Shown in pieces: positions 15,501-26,740 of a DNA stretch of 64,000 nt; the stretch's first letter is position 1, and each line of letters begins with the position of its first letter. The position numbers were made by a program, and so were the translations under genes. The stretch lies in assembly GCA_964247055.1 (NCBI GenBank), contig OZ176054.1, forward strand, positions 5,828,001 through 5,892,000. The letters run 5' to 3'. The stretch is from Paragordius varius. Lineage: Eukaryota; Animalia; Nematomorpha. The notes under the pieces are model-generated. The model saw only the letters and a program-made list of their open reading frames with translations. It was not told the DNA's origin and ran no database searches.

Positions 15501-18500
15501 GATGAATTGATATATGAATTGATTTATAAAAGATAAAAACAAAATAAAAAAGTCAATGGACCAACTAGTGTTCACGGACAAACTTAAAAAGGACCCTCAA
15601 GTGCAAATGGTATATTTATAGCACGGAATTTTTTTAACATATTTTAGTTTTGGCTTCTAAATATCCCAAGATATTTTGCTAGTTAATAATTGACGACATT
15701 TTTTGCGTTTTTAGCAAAAATTTTGATATTATTTTAAAATAAAATTTTTTTATAATGTTTTTGATAAACTTATCTTTGTTACATTGTATGGACATCCATT
15801 AATGATTTTAAATTCTACTTAAAAGCGTTAAATTACTAATCCTAACTAAAAATATTTTTGATGCTTAATGATGTTATTTAATTTGATGAAGTGTATCGTC
15901 AAAGGTCATCAGTGATGATTTGATGGATAGCCTTTTTTGGTACATTTTTCCGGATTCAGCGCCATCCGAAAGCAAAATGCAAGAGAGTCCAGAGAAAAAA
16001 GTTGTTTAATTCCCTAATAATTTATAGTTTTTTGGCCTCAATCCCATTATTCCAATGTCCACCAATATCGTAGATGAATCACCTACTTCAAAAGCATTCA
16101 AAGTATTAACATTAAAAAAAGTTATATTATGTGTATTTTAAAAAATATATAAAGAGAAATTTGTTGGCGATACGCGCAAATATTAAAAATTTTATACTTA
16201 CTCAAACGAAAATCATTGAATTGATTTATTATTTTGTAATTTTATGTACACGCGTAGCAAAAAAAGCCTTATAAGAAATTTTGTTTTATTTTTAATTTTT
16301 TGTGCTAAAATTTAAGTTTTTGAATATATTTATTTGGGTAATATATTTTTATTTTAATTTAGACACGTTTTCTCATTAAAAACAAATTTTCTACCTTGAC
16401 TTAACCTAAATATACCATTTACAATTCAAATTCACCCTAAAATTGAATGTGTTGTCGGGCTAATATAACTTATCATTAATATGAAATATATCTTTATGGC
16501 ATAGTTTGAGTATTTTTTTAATTTTAAACAAAGTTTCATTTTTTAAAAATATAAAAAAATATAAGTAATTTTTAAACTTAAAAACACATAATTTATTCTA
16601 GGATGAACTTGAATTGTTCAAGGGTGAATTTTAGTGAAAATGGTATATCATTTTTATTGCATATATTGTATCAAAACGATATTACAAAAAAGGCTAAAAT
16701 AATATGATTGTATAAGGTAGATCCTTTACCTATATAATATACATATTTTAGACTTGTCCACCAGATTCGTTGACAGAAAGAATGCTTCATGTTTTGTTTT
16801 TCATCATAAATTTTATATGTATCGCGCAAACAACAAAATCAGAAAAGGGAAATAAGGATAATTTTACACAATTTGATATAACTGATTTACCCTCTCAATA
16901 CATTCACGATCTAAGAGTTAAAACTTCAAATCCGGCAAAAAATACTTTTTTTCCAATTTCTAAACAACAATTCGAAGATATATTCAATGGATCGAATTGC
17001 CAAACAACATTAAAAGCATTGCGGGAATTTTGGAAAGAATTTGTTTTGGAGCTTAGATACCGTTGGGATAATGCAATACTTTTGCCTCTGTATTTAATTA
17101 TCAATAATTTTACTTTAAACGTTTTATCCTTTATTTGTAAAATCTTTTATTTGTTGTTTTTTAGAATGAGTGCCGAAAAACCTGATTACCGATTTTCCCT
17201 GTTACATCAAAAATTTCAAGTATTTTTGTGAAATATTATATAAACAATTTTTTGAAATATGTTCCTCGGATTATAGAGAATAAATCTTTTAAAAGCTCTC
17301 TATAAATAGTAAATTATAAAACAGTTTATGCAAAGTATAAACCCTTTTGAGGTAAAACAATGGTTTATTATGCCTACAACTTGGTTTATTTTATCAAAAT
17401 TTAATAAATTTTAACTAATTATAAATTTACAAAATTTTAAAAAATTATATTTTTTATGATTTTTGTATATGATAGTCTTAAACCCAACTATTAAGCTTAT
17501 GGGATGTATTACCCCCTTAACTTTTAATGATTAAAATAAAAACAGCTAGAACCCTAAATAAAAAATTGGAATGCATGATGATTAGTATAAAATTAAGTGT
17601 ACGTTATTTCAAACTGATTATGAAGAGTGTGGGAGTAATTATGTATATATCACATCTCTAAATATTTAGATTAATTACACTATATTATTTAATCCTTCTC
17701 TTTTTAGATGCTAAACGCTTGTATTTGCATTAAAAAAAGAAAAATGCGCGATTTAGTTTCAGAATCACCTTTGACTTCAACTTCTGAAGCCGAAAAGAGT
17801 GGCGAACTCTTAAAATCTTTTCAATCTTCGCTCGAGGATACTTTTTATGATTGCGATGTGCAATTATCGCCCTCTACAATCCCCTACGAGGGTAAGTATA
17901 AAAAAGTTTTCCCTTAAATATACGGTAAAAAAATTATAAAATATTTTTATCATATAAAAAGGAAACCAAATTTTTTGAACTTTTTTAGCTTATTATTTTG
18001 TGTTATAATAAAAAAAGAATTGGTAACTCAATTTTATATGACAACTGTACTAACTTAGGTTGTATATAATAATTAATATAAAATATTGATCTCTTTCTTA
18101 AAAAATTTTTCTTATATTAGTTTTTCTCGTATTAATTTTTACAGTAAACCCATATATTAATGTGTTGGTATAAAAAAAATCATTTTTAATCCTTGTGTAT
18201 CATATATTACTTTATGATTAAGTATTATAAATTATAAAATTAAGCGTGTTAGCAATTTACATCTCTGCTCCAAATTTATATTTTTTATCTCGATTATGTT
18301 TCAATTGAATGTTAGAAAAATTGAAAATTGGGAAACCTGAAGGAAGATCTCACATTTTCCAAAATGACATCAAATTGTTTGATGGATCGGATTTCCTTTA
18401 TGTTCCAATTACTCAGGTATATTTATGTATAACTTTAAAACTGTGCTTTATAAATTTGAAATAGATATACCTCTTTTTATTCACCAGATGTTTGTCATAA

Positions 18501-21500
18501 ATTATATTAATTTTTTTATAAAACAATAATTGATTTATATATTACTACTAATGCATAGGATAGGGATTTTAAGTTTCTCTGAATAAAATGAACAATTATT
18601 ATTAAGCATGGTAATTGTTTTTCAACGCCATTTTTTATGGGTTAAAATGGAAAAAACTCAGTATTCACACGCAAAAATACCTATGCATTTTTTTCGAAGC
18701 ATTTAAATTATAGGATATTGTTTACGCTGAAGTGTGATTGTATTATTATATATGGAATAATTCAGCAAAAATAATATAAATTTATTATAATATTTCGATT
18801 ACTACAAGTAATCTTTGTCAAACGTAAAAATAAAATAAAAATATAAACTAAAATTTAAATTATAAAGTAAAAATATTTAATGAGATATGAAACTAAAAAA
18901 ACATGTGTGTATTGTTAATAAGAAAAAAATTTGTAATGTTATTAATATTGTTAAGGTCCTTCTTTCTGTTCATTATATTTCCTTCTATGTTAATATAAAA
19001 ACTTTCCTTCAATATTCTTTTTGTTCTGTTTTCCTCTGTATCGACAACTTCGGCATCCCAGTTTATTTTATGTTTACATTTAAAGGCATGATATGCCAAA
19101 GCCGAATCATTAGTTTTATTCTTGCTAACTGCCGTTTTATGTTCTTTTATCCTAACATCTAATCCTCTTTTTGTTTGTCCATTGTATACACTGTCGCAAT
19201 CTTGACATTTAATTTTATATATTACACATTGAGAACTAGGATTCTTTTTCTGTGAATTTAATAATTTATAGATATTATTTAATGGTTTAAATATTATTGT
19301 GTATTTCTCTTTAAGTATTTCTTTGATTTTGTAACTTACGGATTCATAGAATGGTATTATAATTTTCTTTTTGTTATTATCATTGTAAATTTTTTTAGGT
19401 TTTGAGTTTAAAATTTTGTTGATGGCGTTAGTGATTAAATTTTGTGGGTAATTATGTTCTAATAATATTTTTACTATTTCAGATGTTTGCGAGGTTCTTT
19501 TCTCTATACTGTTAGGAATTAGTAATGTTCGACGTAGTAAGCTATGCACAAGGGAGTTAAAACAATTATTTGGGTGGTGTGAATTATAGTTTATTATATT
19601 TATATCTGATTTGTAATGTACTTCAGTGGATATTTTGTTATTGTTTTTTTCTATCAATACATCCAAAAATGAAATTTTATTGTTATTTTCTTTTTCTAAA
19701 GTAAACCTTAATGGACTTGTGCAATTAAATGTTTTTAGTAGTTGTTTAATATTATTTTGGCTATCAATGCATATTATATCATCTACGTATCTGTAGTAAA
19801 AGTAAGGTTCTTTTTGTTTTTGTAAAACTTTGGATTCAACATATCGAACTGTAATTTCCGCAATTACACTTGAAAAGGGGGATCCCATAGGTACTCCGAT
19901 TTTTTGATGATATATTGTGTCATTAAATTTAACATATGAATTTGAAATAGCCAAGTTAATTAAATTGTTTAAAACGTTTATGTTGACGTTCAATTTATCA
20001 AAATATGCAAGATTTTTTTCAATAAATTGTTTCAAAGCTTTTTTTGCAATTTTTATTGGACAGAAATATTTAATATTGTAAGAAAAAATTAGAGAGCTTG
20101 GAAAAATGGTTAGATATTTTACCTCTAGATAAATACAACCAAATTCAAAAGATGCATGATAACAAAGTTAAATATATAACAGAGAAATTATCCAAAAAAC
20201 ATATGAAAAAATTAAATAACCTAAATTACAAAGAGGTTGAACCTAATTTTATAAATCTCACCGATATTAAATTTACATCTGAACAAATCAAATTCTTAAA
20301 TAATGGATTGAAGTTTATTCCAAAAACTAATATCCCACTAAAGTCTTTAACAAATATTATCGAATCAAATCTACCTCAAGAAGAAAAGGATCGATTTAAA
20401 ATATATAATGAACTAAAAACATACTCCAAAAATAATAACACATTAAAAATTAATAGCATTTTAAAATCACTTAAAATAAAAGAAGAAATAATGTATCTGA
20501 AAGCAGACAAAACAAATCAATTGGTTATTATGTACAAAAATGATTATAATGATAAAGCATTGAAAATACTAACGGACAAAAAAACATATGAAATAATGAA
20601 ATATAACCCAATAGAAAAAATTGAAAAGTGTATCAACAAAAAATTAAAAAGATTCTTAATTGGTAAACAAATAAACAACACAACATATAACCTCTGTAAA
20701 CCTAAAGATTCAAAATGTCCTACTTTTCATGGCCAACCTAAATTACACAAAGAAAATATACCTTTAAGACCTATAACAAATTTTAGGAGTTCACCTACTT
20801 TCAAAATATGTAAATATTTAACCCAATTATTTTCACCGTTACTAGAACATTATAAATATAATATAAAAAACTGTTATGATTTAACAGAAAAATTAATAGA
20901 TATAAATACTACAGATAAGATTATATGTAGTTTAGACATCGTATCCTTATATACATCTATCCCAATAAAAATTGCAAAAAAAGCTTTGAAACAATTTATT
21001 GAAAAAAATCTTGCATATTTTGATAAATTGAACGTCATCATAAACGTTTTAAACAATTTAATTAACTTGGCTATTTCAAATTCATATGTTAAATTTAATG
21101 ACACAATATATCATCAAAAAATCGGAGTACCTATGGGATCCCCCTTTTCAAGTGTAATTGCGGAAATTACAGTTCGATATGTTGAATCCAAAGTTTTACA
21201 AAAACAAAAAGAACCTTACTTTTACTACAGATACGTAGATGATATAATATGCATTGATAGCCAAAATAATATTAAACAACTACTAAAAACATTTAATTGC
21301 ACAAGTCCATTAAGGTTTACTTTAGAAAAAGAAAATAACAATAAAATTTCATTTTTGGATGTATTGATAGAAAAAAACAATAACAAAATATCCACTGAAG
21401 TACATTACAAATCAGATATAAATATAATAAACTATAATTCACACCACCCAAATAATTGTTTTAACTCCCTTGTGCATAGCTTACTACGTCGAACATTACT

Positions 21501-22721
21501 AATTCCTAACAGTATAGAGAAAAGAACCTCGCAAACATCTGAAATAGTAAAAATATTATTAGAACATAATTACCCACAAAATTTAATCACTAACGCCATC
21601 AACAAAATTTTAAACTCAAAACCTAAAAAAATTTACAATGATAATAACAAAAAGAAAATTATAATACCATTCTATGAATCCGTAAGTTACAAAATCAAAG
21701 AAATACTTAAAGAGAAATACACAATAATATTTAAACCATTAAATAATATCTATAAATTATTAAATTCACAGAAAAAGAATCCTAGTTCTCAATGTGTAAT
21801 ATATAAAATTAAATGTCAAGATTGCGACAGTGTATACAATGGACAAACAAAAAGAGGATTAGATGTTAGGATAAAAGAACATAAAACGGCAGTTAGCAAG
21901 AATAAAACTAATGATTCGGCTTTGGCATATCATGCCTTTAAATGTAAACATAAAATAAACTGGGATGCCGAAGTTGTCGATACAGAGGAAAACAGAACAA
22001 AAAGAATATTGAAGGAAAGTTTTTATATTAACATAGAAGGAAATATAATGAACAGAAAGAAGGACCTTAACAATATTAATAACATTACAAATTTTTTTCT
22101 TATTAACAATACACACATGTTTTTTTAGTTTCATATCTCATTAAATATTTTTACTTTATAATTTAAATTTTAGTTTATATTTTTATTTTATTTTTACGTT
22201 TGACAAAGATTACTTGTAGTAATCGAAATATTATAATAAATTTATATTATTTTTGCTGAATTATTCCATATATAATAATACAATTAAATTATGTTTGTAA
22301 CTTTTTGTTAATATTTTAAAGTCACATTTTTCCAAAAAAAGAGTGACAACATTATTTTTTTTAAAAAAAGGTTAAAATTTTACATAACTTTGGCGCAGTT
22401 TTTGGGCAAATATCATTTCTTGTATGCATTTGCCCTTTTTTATGTGTGTAGGAAGCATCCTTTATGACAGAAGACCAATTGCACCAACATCAAATGTACC
22501 TTGTTAATTTGCAAGAAAATAAAACTTCGAAAAATGACACAACAACTTTATTGGGTGAAATCGAAAGTTTAATCCTCAAATCTGATATGAGCTCTTTCAA
22601 AGCGGCTAATCCCACATGCCGAGATATGAGAGATTTTTTGCGTTGGTATTCCCCGGCCGATTTAATTTATTCGACATCGGGTATAAAGAGATAAAAAATA
22701 AAAAAAGTGATTAAAATATAA

Positions 22722-22761
<40 letters not shown>

Positions 22762-25700
22762 CTAATAAATTTTGACAATTTTTTTTCTTTATAAACTATA
22801 TGACTACGATTGTAAAACATATATAATTAAGTGTCTTACCAATTTACATAATTTTTTATATAACAAGCCCAAAACGATAGGGCACAATAAAAAAATTAAG
22901 GTTTAAAAGTATTGGTTTTTTTTTAAAATGCATTAATGTCTTTATGAATAATATTAGTTAGAGTTTTATATAATATAGTAATTGAAACAATACAGAAAAC
23001 ACATAAAAACTAAAAGAGTAATATTTTTTAAAAATTATATTTTTTAAATTTTGATTTTTTAAGTATTTCTCTTCGCTTTGTGTTTCAAAATAAGGAGTAA
23101 GTAGAGCACTCAATTTCGATTCAAAATGTATAGTTTATTTAAGAAATAAGGTTCGAAAAAGTATGATTGTCGTTTTGAAAAAAATATTGTCTTTTTGTTT
23201 TTACATTTGGTCTGTATAATTAAATTTTTATTGTAGATAATATATATATATATATTATTGCTATTTTTATTTCTACTTTTTTAAGAGCTATTATTGATAT
23301 ATATATATATATATATATTGCCCCTTCATAATAATTCAATATGGCTATGTTTAAATTTCTATTATACATTTTTTTATTAATATTTGATATCATCCATTTT
23401 TGGTTTAGGGCCTAGAAATACGGACAAATCTGTACAAATGACTTTTATCGATTATAACACAAAAAGTTAGGCCGTATTTAAACATTTAAAAAGTGCATGA
23501 TGATAAGTGTGAGTTTATGTGAACACCCTTTTAAAACTCGTATAACTAGGAGTCCATTGTATATAAAAAAACTGCTATAAAACAGCATTTATTTTGTATT
23601 TTTTAATATACAGAAAAACTCCCAAAATTAAGCGATCGCATGCTAATAGGCTGTAATGATTCCGAATCAGGCCCAAACATCTGGATTAAACTGTGGTTTA
23701 TATCCCTTTTTTTAACTGAATTTATAAATTTTTGTGTACTTGTTCATGCTCATATATGACAAAATGATTTCTTATTTTTCCATAAATCGATTAAACTCGC
23801 TTTTTCAGAGTTTAGTCAATAATAATATATATGTTTTTATAGAACTTTTTTGCACGAGAACCTTTTTGTATTTTTATGCCGATCACACTGGTATTGATTT
23901 GATATTCTAGAATTTTGAAACTATGTGGAATTTTTCCGGTATTTTTCTCCAAAAAAACTTTTGATTATTATATTGTTTGCTGCATTATTAGGAACGAAAC
24001 GAAATCCATTCCAGCCAGCCGACAAAATAGATTGTTCAATGAAACATCCCAAGGGGAGCGAGCTTTGCATGATATTTCAGGTCTGAGTTTGCAACAAATT
24101 CTCTTAGATTATAGCGGGAGTTTGGCTCAAACTTTATCCATTTTTGCTTACAAACATATTTGTTCGGCTTTTGAAAACAACACTGCCGGCTTTTCAGTAG
24201 CCCACAATCAACTGTGGTGTAATGGCTGTTTGAAGAAAGATTTCTTATCAAGCATTTTGCGATTAAATGAACGCACCACCGAAATCTCAATCGATATATC
24301 TCTTTCCAAATCAACACAAAATAATAATTCATACGATATGTCCTCTTCGCTTTCACCGTTGAGAAATTTGAAAGCCTTAAACCTCAATTTGGATGGACCA
24401 CCCAATGTTTCCAGGGGCTTTGAAACAACATCTTTTCAAGACGAAATTACTCGTACCTTATTCCAAAAATGTCTATCGAATCTTAAGAGAAGCGAAATGC
24501 TTTATAGTTTTCAAAACCATTTTTTGCCTCCTTTTCTCCTCACATATTTTTCTACAAACGAAACAGATCCATATTTGACAAACTTGTATATGGTGATGTC
24601 CGAATATTATATCAAAAATCTTTTAAGCGATGATAATATTGATTATTTTTCAACTGTTTCTTCATCAAACCTCGACACACAAGGATATTTTCATGTTAAT
24701 CAGGTTGAAATCCGATTACCTTTTCAGGCGATTCCTGTCTTACAACACGATATTCACTTGCTTCAAAATTTCTTTAGCAAAGAAAGTATTATTTAAATCA
24801 TCCAGAAAATATTAAAAATAAAAATCAATATTTTTGTGATTAATTATATAACTAATAAAATTGCAATTTAATGATATCAATTTACAACTCTATGACCTAG
24901 TTATCAAATGATACGATAACTTAATATTAATACGTTTTTTCATAAAAAATACAGTAAAAATTTAAATTATACTTTCATAACGTAAAAACTATTTTTGTAT
25001 TAAGACAACCATATTTTTTAAATATAACTTATTGTTTTGTATAGCGATATAGAAATTAAATTATAATATGTTATATAATGTAAATAAAGGTTTAAAAATA
25101 TATCCGTCTTTCTAAAAAATAATATACTTTGCACTTCAAGTTGATCCTTAAACATTTCAATTCCTTGAAGACTTCAAATTGGTCCTTGAACATATTTATT
25201 TTGCCAATTTTTATTAATTAAATCGTGTATCATTCATATTTTTTTATCATTTTAGATTTATTAGCCTAATTTGATTCAATATCAACTTATTATTATTCAG
25301 AAACCGTTTATCAATTAATTAAAAAATTGATATTAATAAAATATTTAAACATATTTGTAAAATATAAAGGTTTTCCCGATTTTAATTATTTTTTTGTTAA
25401 AAACATTATAAGTTCATAATAATGTGGAATTGGATTAAAATATAGTTCGAACCAAAGAGAGTAATTTTTTAATGAAAAATATTAATTTTAAATAAAGAAA
25501 TATATAAAAAATAAAAAAATATGGTTAAATCCAAACTTAAACCAAGGACCAACAATGTTCAAGGACACTCTTGAAGTGCAAATGGTATTTATTTATTTTT
25601 TCAAATTCTTACTGTAAATAATATTACTAATTATTTTGTGTATGGAATAATATATTGATATCTTCATATCTTTTATGTCAGGTCCTTTTTTTAAAGGCGG

Positions 25701-26697
25701 AGATATGCACATGTTTGTGGATCCCCCACAAAATAACCCTCTACAGCCTAGAAATAATGAGTATCATATGCTTTTTAAAATTTTCTTCATTAACAAATTA
25801 TTTATAATTTGATTGTTAATGTGTTTTGTGAACTTTGTTAATTTTACGGGATACATATCTGACCTTATTCAATTAAAAACATATAATATTACGTAAAAAC
25901 TCGATCAAACAACTTATTCGTTTTTTGGAATAATTATTTTATAAATGACAAACTTATGTTTTAGATTATTTCTACCGCTAATAAATAAGAAACTAAAGGA
26001 GAAATCACATCATAAACTTCCCGAATGGGAATTGGGTTTGTTCAGAAAGCAATACGAATTTTGGCGACATAAAAACAATCAGGGTTTGTTTTACTTTTCA
26101 ATATATATATATATATATATATATCATACATAATTTCTTCATACAAACTCACTCATTTTTAATTTTGTATTCGTTGAATATAAATGATTACCATTTATAA
26201 ATGGTCACTAAAGCTTAAAATTGATTGTAATAAAAAAGTCAAAAATATGTAATTAAGCAAATTTGTACTATATGCCAATAAAATTCATTTTTATATTTAT
26301 TTGTAGCTAAAGAGTTTTTTTAATGGATCATGAAGTTTTAGTTAATTATTTTTACTACCTTACAATAATGAGTTTTTTGATTGTATTTACCCAATTGTCT
26401 TAAATTAATTTTATTTAAACATTCAATATATTTCTAAAAAAATAATATAATTAATTAAAAAATTTAAGAGAAACAACAAAATAATTAAATTATAGATTAG
26501 ATACATGCCTATAAACTTTGAAAATATGTTTTAAAATTATTTTCAATATGATTTTGGTTATTTGAAATAGGTGTGTTTAGTTTGAATAAGAATGATTATT
26601 TTATAATTTTTATATTTATTTAGGAAAAAAGAGGAAAATTTTGTATGCATCCATGGCAAAAAATGAATTCCGGTTAGCGAGAATCGAAAACGCTTAA
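12590..26697 (+). CDS. RAB3GAP1: Rab3 GTPase-activating protein catalytic subunit, multi-exon
   Basis: N-terminal EIFEIKDYTT; WFGLDKVFVIAP; FWKEFVLELRYRWDN...LLHQKFQ|MLNACI; VPITQ|EASFMTED; SDMSSFKAANP...FLRWYSP; RQNRLFNET. Terminal exons at ~25682-26697 give AKEFFL and ILYASMAKNEFRLA, resembling the known C-terminus. Some internal exon boundaries are unresolved. Confidence 0.92.
15097..15614. mobile_element. Foldback MITE subfamily A copy with contracted repeat arrays
   Basis: TATACCATTT...AAATGGTATA termini. The core is clearly homologous to 4960-5390, with only about 1 repeat unit per arm. Confidence 0.85.
16411..16647. mobile_element. Foldback MITE subfamily B copy
   Basis: TATACCATTTACAATTCAAATTCACCC...GAATTGTTCAAGGGTGAATT...AAATGGTATA. 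Confidence 0.75.
18737..20059 (-). mobile_element. Penelope-like element, inverted 5'-truncated arm (C-terminal RT, GIY-YIG and 3' UTR)
   Basis: Reverse complement of 20962-22284. Mirror coordinates sum to 41021 at the outer edge, the stop codons and the inner edge, so no net indel. Only one amino-acid difference is visible in the ORF track (N vs I). Confidence 0.97.
20060..22284 (+). mobile_element. Penelope-like retroelement (Poseidon-like): RT plus C-terminal GIY-YIG endonuclease, ORF 20098-22128
   Basis: ADKTN..VIM, PKLHK..PLRPI, SLDIVSLYTSIP, QKIGVPMGSP and YRYVDD, then VIYKIKCQDCDSVYNGQT...RIKEH...SALAYH. It lies in RAB3GAP1 intron 18417-22451. The first ATG is at ~20155, so it is probably 5'-truncated. 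Confidence 0.97.
22192..22240 (+). ncRNA. Hammerhead-ribozyme-like motif in the Penelope 3' UTR (mirror copy ~18781-18829, minus strand)
   Basis: UUGACAA-A-[GAUUAC uugua GUAAUC]-GAAA-UAUU. The core fits CUGANGA with a compensatory U3:A8 pair, stem II is a perfect 6 bp, and a palindromic AUAU follows GAAA. Stem I pairing is weak (about 2 bp). Confidence 0.5.
22725..22758. repeat. (TA)n microsatellite (others at ~9505-9530, 32675-32710, 38440-38462)
   Basis: Direct dinucleotide runs. Confidence 0.95.
25123..25589. mobile_element. Degenerate foldback MITE (subfamily A ends) in a RAB3GAP1 intron
   Basis: Left end TATACTTTGCACTTCAAG with decayed units; right end CAAGGACACTCTTGAAGTGCAAATGGTAT. 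Confidence 0.75.
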
Positions 26698-26715
26698 TTA
26701 AAAAAATAATGATGA

Positions 26716-26727
26716 AATAAATTTATT
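26716..26727. terminator. Palindromic bidirectional polyadenylation signal candidate AATAAATTTATT
   Basis: Lies in the 43-nt gap between the convergent RAB3GAP1 and NOL8-like stop codons and reads AATAAA on both strands. Confidence 0.55.
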
Positions 26728-26740
26728 AGTATTTATTTAA

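Noticed and set aside
24786-24796. Stop of ORF 23915-24796 as the end of RAB3GAP1
   Set aside because: A phase-1 donor at 24786 joins in frame to the exon at ~25682, and later exons carry the conserved C-terminal motifs.
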